A stretch of 64,000 bases of DNA, taken from assembly GCF_964204645.1 (NCBI RefSeq), contig NC_134031.1:17987910-18051909 (forward strand). Reading direction: 5' to 3'. Below, one piece after another: positions 33,066 to 59,697 of this stretch (its first letter is position 1; each line of letters begins with the position of its first letter). The notes beneath the pieces were generated by a model, which searched no databases, was not told the DNA's origin, and saw only the letters and a program-made list of their open reading frames with translations. The position numbers were made by a program, and so were the translations under genes. The DNA comes from Tubulanus polymorphus. Taxonomy: Eukaryota; Animalia; Nemertea.

Positions 33066-35932
33066 TTAAATCCAGAAAGTCTTTTGTTTAGAAGGACTAC
33101 ATTCATTTTCCGAGGATTCTGCGACGGAATCGAACTGGTCTTCCGATAAGCTTGAATATTCATCAACTTCAGCATCGAGTCTCGTCGCATTCGGACCAGA
33201 ACCCGTATTTGTAGAATGTGTTCGCGAGTCTGGTGTGCACCAGACCGCGTCGTCTTCATCGGTTGTTACCGATTTCGTACGTTCAGTCGGAACTTCTTCG
33301 TGAATAGTTTCGCACGATCTTCTCGATTCGGGTCCGGAATCTGAACAATCGACGCTCTCCTCGCTGCTCGAACTTAAACTGCGGAAAATCTTTCCGTCTT
33401 CGGTTTTGACGAGGTTATGCATGCGCATAAGGTCGCCTTTACGACGTACTCCCGAGTCTTGGCGCGCAAGAGATTTGCCGGTATTGACGGTCAATTCTGC
33501 ACTATTATCAGAAATCAATTCTGGCGTATCAAGTATATCTCGAGGATTAGGTAGATTTTTATCCGGATTCGATGGGTCTTTAATCCACAGTTCGTCGGTC
33601 TCGCACTGCGGTAAACCGTCGTTTATTTCGTACCAGGCGGCTTTTTCTTTAGTGAAAATATGTCCCGATATTCTAATCCCGAAACTGCCGTTTATCGTAC
33701 CGCCGAATAACCACATCGTGTTGTACTCGAAACTATTCTTGATGAATATGCAACAACCGCATTTCACGCAAAATCCACGAACTTCGTCCGACGAGCAACG
33801 AAACTTTCGCAACATCGATTCCTTGCGCAGAAATATTTGCGAATTGGAAACGGCGAACAATGTCGAGAAGGCATTACCGCTCAGTTTGCGACATGTTTTA
33901 CAGTGACAATGTAAAACTTGAGCAGGATACCCATAGAAAGCGTAACGAATTGCGCCGCAAAAGCAACCCCCGCTTCTAGGGTTCTCTTTTTTCGTATCTC
34001 CCATCACGGGTTTACAACGTTCTTCTGTCGAAAGAAAGAAAAAACATTCGCGATTAGTTATTTAAAATTATTCCATTCAGAATAAAACAACCTCTCTTTC
34101 CTGTGATAAATACAAATTGAATCCCTCACTTTTCAGATTACCGTTCAGATATCCGGATATGAATAGGTGCCCTGTGTGCAATTTAACGATTCTGATCTTG
34201 GTCTTATTGAATTTGCACAGAAATACAACAAAGCAATATTTATTGAATTACAGCTGCAGCGGTTGTAAAAGGAAATTTGCTTATCGTGTTTAATAGACAC
34301 GTCATTTGCATATAACGTCCATCTTTTACTTCCAATAATAGTGATAATAAATTGTCACTAGCAAACCGGACCTTTTCAAAAAATGATTTTCAATACGGGT
34401 GGTATGTATTGTTTCTACAGGACGCACAGATGTACTATGGATGTGTAATGCATAACGTATGCATTTATCATTGCATGAAATATAAATATCATTTTACTTA
34501 ATGATTCGACAATATGAATTTTGATTCATATCGCATATCAAACAACACTGGGCGTATAACTGTAGCCTAGATATAGAGTGGAGATATCGTTACAATGAAC
34601 GTCAGAGGCCAGAAAATTTGCTTTGTAGAATCGTCCAGTATGAAACCAACGTCATTTGTGATGAAATTGCCATGAACCAGTTTAAGCTAAATCTAAAGCC
34701 CAGCTTGGTTTTATATAGCCAATCTGAGAACTTAGGACCTAAATTCTGAAGGCCACCTTTCTTCTATTCTAGACAGTAGTCACAACTCAGCAGCAACCGG
34801 ACCCGGAGAAATTGATAATGGCCAAAATCTGAATTCATACGATAAGGTTCTAGTCTATACAAATCTATGTACATATCTTCGTACAAGACAGAATTTTATG
34901 TAAGTTAATTAGATATGACTGTCGACCCATCAGTTACAGCTGTACGTATGTGAACAGCTTTCAGGCACGATCACAACCGATATAACTGAGATTAATGTAA
35001 CATCAAAATTCACCATGATTTCGATTTATTATTATTCAACATGCATCATCTAAACATGAAACAATAGAATTTTACTTTTTTTCCCGGTCTCGCCGCAGTA
35101 CCACCTACCAACCGCATTCCAGGTCCAGGACCTCAGAGCAAAACGTTCCACAGAAAGAATGATACCATCTACTCGTATTGAACCAACTAACCTTTAAATG
35201 ATATGCTAAGACTATGTTTTCTATATCAGAGTAGAAGACAGGCTGTTACCACCATCTTCTAAGAAATTCATTGTTTGGTATTTTTAACGATTATCTCCAT
35301 TTTGCCCATAACTTTTAGTCTCGATAGATCATCATAGTGTTTGTTTGCAATGGAAAATTCATCATTTCTACAGGTTGCGTTCAACTCTGAGACCGAATAC
35401 CATTTTATCACATTCCGAAATTCAAAGTCCAAGTATTTACCCAAGCTTTTGAAATTTCAATTTCAAATACGTATTTCATTTAGATAATTTCTAATTTGAA
35501 AATATAAACCTGAGTGGACAACATGGGTTGAAAACAAAAAATGAAAAACTTCGCAAATTCATCGGTTACTAAATAGTTGCATTCACCATCTTTTACTATC
35601 TTTACATACATATCTATAGTAAACCGATCCTTATATTGATAAGTACGCCGTCCTGAATATTTCACCCTGAAATTTATCATTTCTGTACCTGATAGATCAT
35701 TCATAAATCTGGTGCACCGAATATATACTAATCAGGACAAATATTAAGAATGTTCTATTTGGAATACGATGATTTCCGAAAACTGATTTATGTTTTTATA
35801 TCTTAGTGTCAATTATCCTATCGTATCCGATATTTCCTCAACGTTTAAGAGCAAGGATTTTAATAGGGCCTTACCTTTCACCGGGTAAAGTAAGCCCATT
35901 TTTACTTTAGAACGGTTTTTCGCTATAAACAT
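33066..35932 (-). CDS. GFA/CENP-V (glutathione-dependent formaldehyde-activating, Mss4-like zinc) domain protein with a Ser/acidic C-terminal extension; main exon ~34024-33066, probable first exon 35932-35875
   Basis: GGCFCGAIRY..CHCKTCRK..RGFCVKCG..HIFTKEKAAWYEINDGLPQ zinc-binding pattern. The upstream exon MFIAKNRSKVKMGLLYPVK-G|GTAAGG joins in phase 1. Confidence 0.8.
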
Positions 35933-36901
35933 GCAAACAGAGAACGAACGGCTTTCCTATTTATGATATCGAAGTCTCATGATTCGCAATATATATACAC
36001 GCATCATATTACGCTCAAATTACTTACCATAATATCAATTCTTCGTGCAAATGTCACACGGCCGGGGTTTTGTCCTGGTGTCTTCGGGATGTGTGATTAG
36101 GCATTGTTTTTCGATATCATTCCCCGCCCAAATACCACCTGTTTACCGGGTATTCGCACGCTCGTTTGCGCTATGTCGTTCTGTCGTCAGGTCCGAGCAC
36201 CTGGCACGCGCGGCTCCCAGCACTCACACAGCACGTGATATCGGTGCGACAAAAAAATTACAGCGAAAAAAATTCTGATCTTAAACGAACAATCATTGTT
36301 TGGCGAAATGTACGTCGTATAGATGATGATATACGATACAGAACCAGATGTTCATCGTTTGTCTTCGTTCTTGATATCTTTCAAAATTTTTAGAATGTCG
36401 AAATACAACCTGTGGATAAACAAAATCATTTATCTTAATAACAGAAATATCAAGTCTCCTTTTAATGAATGCATGTTTCCATTCATTCATCCATCGGTTT
36501 GATGAATTTGATTATTATTCGAATCAGAAGTGAATCAGAACTGTTCAAGTGGGGTCCTGATAAGTGGGACACATATACACACTATTATCTATCAATCATG
36601 ACCCGCGAAAACAGTTTAATAAGATATAGACATTGTAGATAATTGTGTGTATGTTTAGGCTTGGAATAGTTATCTGACTAGTTCAGATGAGACTAGCTCG
36701 ATATTTTCATGCAGTAGCAGCGAGAATTTCAAATTCGAGACATTTTTTGGAAAAAGCAGTATATGTTTTCAAAAAATGAGCTCCGGGCTTCATTTGAGAA
36801 TTTCATTTAAGAAATAGCAAAAGAAATGTTTCGAACTGCAACTAAATATATTGCATAAATACTTCATAAGGATATCTAAGAACAAAATATCGTCTAGAAG
36901 C

Positions 36902-39900
36902 ATGAAGCGTGGTTTAGATCATTGGGGAGATATCTTGGTGCTTGTAATATACTTCGTGTTTGTGCTGGCAGTTGGACTTTGGGTAAGCTTTCAAAATATT
37001 GTAGTGTACAAAATAACATGTCCAAGTTTTGAAGATTTCTTTTTTTCGTTTTAGTCGATGTTCAGAAAAAATGGAGGGAACGTAAAAAGTTACTTTTTAG
37101 CGGGTCGTTCAATGACCTGGTGGCCGGTGTGTATGATGCTATGGGATAGTGGGAGTCAGGGGGCTTTATATATGAACATGAATGAATGGATTGCTATCAA
37201 ATTCATTCTTGATCTAAATTTAAGGGATATTTTTTTCGGTTTATACCGACATTAAAATAGGATCTCGGGGGTTGAGCGAAAACCCAAAAAATCTCAAACA
37301 ACCGCTATTTTTTCTTTTCTTTACGTTTTGGGTGGAATACTTCTACACATCTTTAGAGTTTATGAGTTTGATCATTTTTCGCTCAATGATATCGATCAAA
37401 ACTGGAAATAGTCTCAACTATTTACAACCATGATTTCAGGGATGTATGAACTCCCTTTCATATCGTGTGATCTCGGGTTCGAATTGCTTTGATTCATATC
37501 ATTTAGGTCGGGGCATCACTATTTGCCAGTAATATCGGCAGTGAACATTTTATTGGTCTGGCTGGAACAGGTGCAGCAGCAGGAATAGCCATCATCCTTT
37601 ATGAGTGGAATGTAAGTGGAAAACACATTATTGATAGCAGCTAATTCAATCGAATACATCGATATAAATTATCTATATGAAATCCATAATTCATTCTTCG
37701 CTCATCTTTTAGTCATTTCCTCTAGTCATACTATTAGGATGGTTCTTTTTACCGGTGTATGCAGCAGCTGGGGTGAGTGTTAAATTTTGACGAAAAATAA
37801 TTTTCCAAATTATTGGTTTAATACTATAATGTCTAAAGCTGGAACGTCTAAAACTTGATTTTTAAGGAAGATAGTTTTTCGATTTAGAGGCAGTTTTTAG
37901 CCTTTCTTATTGTTTTAGGTTTACACATTACCCGAGTATATCGGTAAACGTTTTGGTGGAGAGAGGCTGAGGATCTATCTCAGTGTCCTGTCGTTGGTGC
38001 TGTACATAGTCACTAAAATCGCGGTAATCAAGCAAACGATGAGCTTTTCACGAAAAGTTAATATACGAAAATCATGATGATTATCATATCATTTTGGTTT
38101 CTCTGATGATGGGGTTTTTGAAGTAACCCCGAAACTGTCAGATGATAAACTTTTCAATATCTACTGCGGGTTTGGCTACTGTACCGTTTTTACCTTGAAC
38201 TTCTTCGTGAAACTGGACCTTGACAACATTCATTTATTTGTACATCGGCTTACTGGAAATTTCTATATTGGTACGAAAAATATCTTAAGATCTATCCATA
38301 TTTATATTCAAGGTGTGTATCTATGCCGGGGCACTTTTTATACAGTTGGCATTAGGATGGGATATGTATTTGTCGATTGCCATACTACTGCTGATTACTG
38401 GACTTTATACAGTTCTGGGAGGTCTGGCAGCTGTTATTTATACAGATGCCCTTCAAACTGTTATTATGATGATAGGAGCCATCGTCATGGCCATTATAGG
38501 TAACTCGTCAACTAACCCTTGAAGACCCTTGTCAACGAACAAACCTAAGTGGAACATTGTTACAACATAATTATTTTCCACAGTTCGTTATATTAATTAA
38601 TCCAATTTTCTCATTTTAATGAGGCAGCTCCTCTGTTACGATTTCTTTTTTGCGTTGTCAATTGCAGGTTTCGTAAAAATTGGTGGATATGAAAATCTCA
38701 AAGTGAAATACATGCAATCGATTCCATCTCACAGTCCGAACAACACTACATGCGGTCATCCTAGACCAGATGCCTTCCATCTTTTCCACGATGCGAGCAG
38801 TAGAGACAACCCTTGGCCCGGTCTTCTCTTACAGTCATCAATAGGCTGTCTATGGTACTGGTGCGCAGACCAGGTCAGTTAGTTCTTCATGCTTTGGACA
38901 CCTACGACGATGGAAATGTTCCCAGAAACCTTAAATGACCCCTTGTTTACATTTCTAGGTAATTGTGCAAAGGGCATTGGCAGCTAAGAATCTGATGCAT
39001 GCCAAAGGTGGATCTATTCTAGCCGGTTACCTCAAACTGTTCCCATTGTTTCTGATAGTCTTTCCCGGAATGATTAGTAGAGTTCTTTTTCCAGGTACGA
39101 AAAAAGTAATCAAAACGCTTTTCATGAGTACTTGCCATAAGAACTTCCGAAAATCTATATAACTGATGCTATATCTATTAACTTCTAGATGAGGTAGGAT
39201 GCACGGACCCTGAACTCTGTCGACAATTCTGTGGAAACCCAGTTGGCTGCTCGAACATAGCTTATCCTAAACTCGTGATGGAACTTTTACCAGTCGGTAA
39301 GAAATATGGAATACAAATCAAATGAATTCTAGAACCACCGCGGCTATGCTCTCTATGATTCCAGGTTTAAGAGGTTTGCTGCTGGCAGTTATGATGGCTG
39401 CTATCATGTCCTCATTAACATCGATATTCAACAGTGCCAGTTCATTGTTCACGATGGATTTATGGCGAAAGTTTCGTAAACAGGCGACAGAACGAGAACT
39501 TCTCATAGTCGGAAGGTATGGACTCGCACACAGGAATCTCAATTCTATCATAAATCCCGCATTTAAACATATTCCTTCATTTGTAGAGTGTTTATAGTAG
39601 TATTATGTGTCGTAAGCATATTGTGGATCCCGTTAGTCCAGTCATCTCAGGGTGGACAGTTGTTCATATATATACAAGCGATTCAGGGCTACCTCGGCAC
39701 TCCGGTCGGGGCGTTATTCTTTACAGCTTTGATATGGAAACGTATGAACGAACATGTAAGTGATGATGGAAACGTTAATGAAAGTAGAAAGGACTATACG
39801 AAACTGGAAACAAATTTCATATTCATCTCCTTTGTGAATAAATCGAATCAGTTATTATATATTTCGATTCTCTGTCCGGCTTCGTTTCGTTGGTACCTGG

Positions 39901-41240
39901 TGCGCGGTAGATGGGAAGACACCAAAATGAAACGGAATGATGTGATCTGTAATCTGTATTGTAGGGCGCTTTCTGGGGTATTTTAGCTGGTCACGTGACG
40001 GGAATTATAAGAATGACGTTAGATTTCATCTATTTGCCGCCGCAATGTGGTGAAGAAGACACCCGCCCGGCTATTGTTTACGCAATTCACTATTCCTACT
40101 TCGGAACTTTGCTGATCGTAATCTCAGTACTGGTCATCGTAGCGGTCAGTCTGCTCACAAAACCGCAATCAGAAAATGAGGTAAACATGCGCTTAGAAAA
40201 TAAGCCATCAAAGAAAAACAGGTCTTCAAGACCTGTATATGACCATACCTGATATCACACCCGATATACCTGATCATACCTGATATCTCTAATTGTAGTA
40301 GTTAGCACCAAAATTGAGAGTAATTTGATATAAATATAGTAGTTTGAATGAAAATGAACTAGAAATTATTATTCTGATGTTAGAGTACTTTCATATTTTT
40401 GGGAGTAGGCGAGATCTTATAAAGAGTAGAAACTACTCTCAAAAAGTAGTATTGTACGGAGTCCGGGTCTGGTCTTCTGGGGCCAGTTTTATAGACTACA
40501 CGGTAGTATTAACTTGAACTACATGTTGTAGGATTAAGTTAAAACTGCGCCCTATAGTCTAACAGGTGGTACATAAGAAAAATCCTGAGACCCGAAAAAG
40601 TGAGATAAAAAGTCCGCCATCTATCAGGGCATTTCAACGACCGTAAGACTAAGCTCTAAAGCTTACAGCAGCCACCGTCGACTAGTTCGCCATCTAGCGG
40701 AAAATTAGGTCAGTAGGTCAGTCACTTGTGAAGTGACTATACGCCCATACCTCGAGGTTTTCATTGCCACTACCCACGTGACATTGCCACCTGAAGGGTT
40801 TTAAGGAGGGTTTTTTTTCATAGTTAGCCGGTTTAACGTGGTGGACAAAGAACGAACGTCCACGGGAGGCAGATGAGGTCATCGCCATGGCTACGACAGC
40901 GGGCCACGATTTCGAATCTACGAAAAATAAGCAAGATGACAATAAAGAAAGTAAATATTGGTTATGAATGTAACTTATAATTCAGTATCGGCTGTTTTAT
41001 TTGCAATTTTTCATGACGTATCAAACGTTCGTATTTGCAGTTGAAGTCACCCCAACTTTGTGGAGAAGATGGGTAACGGCGATTGTCGGCAATAAACATT
41101 CGAATGACGAAATCGTACCTGAAACATACGAAGAACGAATGGCATTCCTGAAAGAAATCCCCAGATGGAGCACTTTTCTTAACGTAAATGGAGCCATTGG
41201 TTTAATGGTCATGTTCTTCCTCTACGGTTATTACCATTAA
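36902..41240 (+). CDS. SLC5A-family sodium/glucose or sodium/myo-inositol cotransporter (SGLT-like), about 14 exons
   Basis: SSF motifs [85 protein letters not shown], ending in a terminal TM helix. The paralogue cannot be assigned by eye. Confidence 0.93.
38100..38142 (+). ncRNA. Minimal type-I hammerhead ribozyme motif (Penelope-like-element type) in an SLC5A intron
   Basis: TCT-CTGATGA-T-GGGGTT(tttgaagt)AACCCC-GAAA-CT-GTC-AGA: full catalytic core, 6-bp stem II, GUC cleavage triplet, short stems I and III. Confidence 0.7.
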
Positions 41241-44200
41241 CTCCACTAATATCTTGTAAGAGAAACCCGCATTATGAATTCAAACTGAACTGCTGTTGTT
41301 TTTTCCTTACGTTCGAATAAACTCCTAAGATGGGTGGAAAGATTTCCCACCTAAAATGTAAGCAAAAAACAATAGCAGGTGTTTTCATTATCAAATCCAC
41401 ATTGTGGGTTTTCTTACAAGGATATTCATCAAGACTTGAAATAGTCTCAACTACAACTCATGTAAATGTTTGTACAATCAGATGTAATCGTAACATTTAA
41501 TGAATTCAGTTATAATACTAAGAAACTCCTATTCTACTGAAGCCACACGCAATGCATGTACCAATTACTTCCGTAATGTCTATGCATTTTGTTTAATTTC
41601 CTTGGAATTGAAGTGATTGTTCCTCGTCATTCTGTCGCCAATATTCAGTAATAAATCTTCAAATAACGTCGATTCAAGTACTCTTGTCCTCTTAACATTT
41701 TGTCTAAGAATTCCGGTGACACTGTCTAGATTAGAATGAATGGATTGGTGCAACATTGGATAATTGAGAACTGTTCCTCTGATGACAAAATTAACGAACG
41801 ATAAAAACGTTTTCATTTGAAATATTATATAGCAGTTTATTCTGGGATTTATGTATATATATATATGTATATATATACTCATATATAATTAAATTTGTAT
41901 GAATCACATGTAAAGCCACGTAATATAAATTTACAGAATGACGTCTTTGACTTTGGTTTCCAATTACCAATGCTTAAATCTATCATATTTGTTCTTTTCA
42001 AATATATTTTGACCTTTTTTTGGCATTGCCGCCAACTTACGAATAACGAAAATTATTTTCACTAAAAATAAATATTAAGTCAGATCAAAACAATATTCTA
42101 ATCTCAGAAACTGAATTAATTTCGCACAACATCCGTGAATATTTTGTCGATAATAAAAAAGAAATAAACGAGTATGGGACTGAATTCATTGCACGTTTTA
42201 AAAGTGCATGGATATTGTTATCGTAAATGTTACAACATCGGCCACCGATTTCTGCGCTTAATTCAGTTTGAACTGGAGATCGAAAAATCAAGTGTAGATG
42301 TAGCTATAACGGGTTTTGTTTTTAGGTTTTTAGCTAGCTACATAACCTACTGAGCAGACATTAAAAGAGGCTGATACAGTTTGGATGTGTATGCACAAAA
42401 TATAAATGCGGTATATACAGCTAAAGACAACAGATATATACCTTTCCAATTGTATCTACATTACAAAAATGAAAACTATGGCGCCATTTAGAAAGTGCCT
42501 TAAAATCATACCTAAATCAAACTGTGCGCGCGCAAAACCTTTTAGCATCAATACACAAGATTGAAGAATTAGCGATATTCGAAAGTTTTCGCGCATATCT
42601 GTTACTAACTACAATTTCTGACCATTACGAGCACTGAATCGATTACGATATCAACCATGTGACACTATTCACTATGTACAGAGATAGGAGATGCATACAT
42701 TTACAGAGAATGTACATCAATGTAATGATAATATATCCGATATCTAAAACAACCGATGAAGGAAATCGAGTTGCTGCTTAATTGTAGAATTCTGAATGAC
42801 GGATTATTCGAAGAGACTTTCAGGAAAGTATCTCATTGGGGACAAACGATGTTAATCCATTTTCGATACTATGAAAGATGCCTTACCAGGCAGTAAACCA
42901 TTTTCCACGACTGTCAATGATATAATCACTTCATTGACCCTCTGCGATATTTTGAAAATTTAGAACCGTCAAACAAGACGTAACTGATTTTAAAATACCA
43001 TAAAACCCACTAGTAATATTAGATCGGCACAACCGTAAGTAGGAAAGTTTAACCAGGGTCCGATGTCACAAAGCTTTTTTCGAACACCAATCGGACTGCC
43101 TGTGAAGGGCAAGTGGCTTTTGGAGGGGGCAAGCGCGAATTTTCAGATATGCTTGCCCGGGCAAGTGGCTTTCATTCCTTAGATCGGATCCTGTTTAAGT
43201 GAAGCTATTTTGATCAATTATGTTAAATATTGCGTTGTAACATTTCTCATTCGTTATCCGTACACAGTACAGGAGGTACCTTTGCATTATCTACGAGAAC
43301 AATCATCTCAACAATTGCACGTAGGTGTTATCAAGACAAAAGAGTTTATAACTATATAACTAAATTATGTATATATAAATTTATGAAGGAATAATATCAC
43401 AATTTGCAGATTCAATAATAATTTTAATACGTATTGGACTGAGAATTACCGTATATAATGTTTTATGTACAAAATTATTATTATTGCAGAATGAAAAAAA
43501 AAAAGAGTTGATGTCTTCCATTTGTACAAAATTACAAATCGACCGGTTTTTCGTTTATAAATAACAATAACTCGATAAGAAAGCTAACTTACTTTGAAAC
43601 ATAATAAAGGATAGCTAGGTACATATCATCATTAAAACAAATGATACAATGTCTCTTGTAGATACGGTTTTCTTGATTTACATAAAAACTTATACCAAAA
43701 ACTCTGCAGCTAAATAATCCACGTCCTTTCATCATGAAGTATTAGTGAACTAAATACATCGTGGTCTAATCTGCACATCCTCCATCTAGTCAAGCGTACA
43801 AGATAGTTTGTTCTTTTGATCAGAAATTCTTACATTCGGAATGACACCGCGAAAGCTCAAATATTCATATACAATAAACGTCGCCGTACTCGGATATAGC
43901 CAACTCGGACAAACATTAATACTTTCTTTTAGCTTCCTCATGTATTTTCCTATCCTTAACTCCCGAGTTAGGCAAGGTTAACTGTACGTACACATTGAGT
44001 AATCATTTCTCAAAAATCATCGACAGCAATACCTGGTAAACAAATATCGACACACAAAATCAAAATGTTAACACTATTTGCAGCACAATTTCCTGATGAA
44101 AACAATACACTCAACCTTCGTAATAGAAAATAAACCAGATTTTACAACTCGTCAAGCCATTCATTTATGAGCACCGGATTTTGTCCATGACCTCGTAACA

Positions 44201-45057
44201 AATTAGATTTTATTTCAGATGAGCATTTGATCATCAGTTAATGAACGACGCATAAAAAATAGATTTTTTTAGAATCAATGTTAAATAGGCCTGCAATTAG
44301 GAATGGAAGTACGCAATATCTGGTTCGATTGACTTTGATTGATCCAACTCCAAGCTTAGGCGCGACCTGAAAAAAGCCGATAGGTCAGACTCGTCGCGTC
44401 GACTGTACACGATGATTCGACACAGAACACAGAATTCGACCGATTTGAACTGCATGTATTTACATTTTCATGAAAAAATCTTTTCATTATATATCAATAG
44501 TGATAGTATATATGATTAAGACTCAGCACCATTACATTTTTACTAAATATATACCGCATATGTATTGACGAGGAGAGGTTATATTCCGATTATGTACACG
44601 GGTTAAAATAAATTGTATATAACTTATTCAAAATTCCGATGAGAGTCGAATATCTCATCGGCAGAAAAAGACGCGGCGGATAAACAAAAAAATAGACGAT
44701 TCGTATCAAAAATTGAATAAAAATCAGTTAAACCCATTCTGTGCGTCTACACCACAATGCGATGTATGATTGGTTATGGACTTGCTAATACACTGCATCG
44801 CTGTGTATTTATGTAATTGGTCATTTATCTTTATTGAAAAATGGCAGCACCTGTCAAACAAAGAGTAATATTAGTAACCAACGATACACCGCACCGGAGT
44901 GTAGTATGCCCATTATTCACCACACTCGTCACTGGGGAAGAATTTTTTTCTAAATTTCAAATTATCTCCAGCGCTTTCAGGTATAAATTAGTCATCACTG
45001 AAAGGGTTAATGCGAGGCCGACGCTGATGTCACTTCCGCGATGTACGTTCTAAACGT

Positions 45058-45295
45058 AAACCTCACTACTCTAGTTGACTTTCAAACGATGATAGTTTGG
45101 CGGAGCTCGACGTGGAGTCCTAGTCGGTTATTTCGGATTACTCGGTTTACGTTTAATTACTGACACATCGTAGCTACCATCGGCGAATTTAATGCTAGAC
45201 ATAACCTCACTACTTTGGTTTATCGTCAAACGACAAAAGTTTGGCGGAGCTCGATATCGCGAGTCCTCGATAATTCAGTTCGGATACTCGGTTAT
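45058..45295. repeat. Diverged direct duplication (~145-bp period) downstream of the TOCA-family stop codon
   Basis: aacctcactact...caaacga...agtttggcggagctcga...gagtcct...tcgga.tactcggtt occurs twice. Confidence 0.75.
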
Positions 45296-46173
45296 GTCCT
45301 TTACCGGAGAAACACCTATTGTGAAGACAATCTAAAACCGGGATTTCCAGAAGAGTTTTCAATGAAAATACATCAATTGTAAATAACTGAAAAAGCGATA
45401 GCTCAGCAAGGAACCAAATGGCTATAGGGACAAGAAATGCTCGTGAAACTGGACAAGAAGTTATCGCAGTAACAGTATCTTTCCGCGATAGCTTCTTCGC
45501 TTCGTCAGAAAGTTATTTTTGAATCCAAATCATAGAAATCTCTTAAGAAAACCAGGCTTAAGTAACCTTCACTGATTAAGTGTTGCTCAGGGCATTTAGT
45601 CGACCGATCCAGCTTTCTACAAACTGAAGACACACTGAAAATATTTTCTTCTAAGTAGTTCATTTCATCTAAATATCAGTCAATCTCTAGTGTTATCTAT
45701 CTTCCAAAAGGAAATACCACTCCTTGCATAAAGCGAAGTGACATCACCGACGACGACCAGCGTGGAGCCAGTTAAACATGGGGTAAAACTTGGGCAAAAT
45801 AATTGGACTTATTTTCAACCTTGGAATCATTATCAATAGCTCATCACGAATGCGTAACAAGATTCAAGGCGCAAACATAACATTTGAACTCGATGGACTT
45901 GAACCCTTTAAGTCTTATCATAATTCCATGATTCGATAAATTTCTTCAATGCCTTTAATGGAGCCACCGTTAACACAGACTCAAGAATGCATCGCGTAAA
46001 ATTCATTGCGTAAAGTTCTGATTTTCTAAACGACAGTACCAAGAGAGAGAGAGAGAGAGTGAGAGAGATTAATCTACTCTGGATGCATTTCCATAAATGA
46101 GAAATCTACCGATTGAACTGTAAACAGCACTTGTAAAGTCATGTAAAATATCGTTTCGCGTTAGTTTTTTTTT

Positions 46174-59188
<13,015 letters not shown>

Positions 59189-59287
59189 GCTTGAAAGTTT
59201 ATCCTTCGGTTATAGCATAATATGAAACTTTTTAACCCTTTTCGTAGAAAAATATGAGAAGTAAATTGTTGCGTCGATTTTCGAAAT

Positions 59288-59672
59288 TTACTTCCGGGTT
59301 TGGCCTCGCTTGCCAGAGCTAAGAGTGAGGATCCGAAATGGTCTACGATTTTGTTTTTAACGTTTAATCTGTATCATAGAAATCTTTATTTCCTACCGCT
59401 ATATCGTTCTTATGTTATTTCTTATATGTTTTCATATTGTTTATCTGTTTTCCTATAAGTTCAAAATTTCTCGTTGCATTATCTTCAACCATTATATTGT
59501 TCGAAATTCGGTATATATGCAAAAGATATTTGTAGAATTCATAAACAGTATGCTAAATATAGGTTCGAAGTTCCAAGTTCAAGCGTACCATCAGGTCCAA
59601 TGAAAATATAATTTAATTGAATTGAATCGCTAAATCGACGCGACACGACCTCCGCCAATGTCAATGACGTCA
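59288..59672. promoter_or_regulatory. Bidirectional promoter of the TOCA-family and FAM124-like genes: ETS site (TTTACTTCCGGGTTT) and a perfect CRE TGACGTCA (59665-59672)
   Basis: The divergent ATGs are 510 bp apart; both motifs were read directly from the sequence. Confidence 0.55.
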
Positions 59673-59697
59673 CGAAAGTAAACAGCGTAATGTCAGA

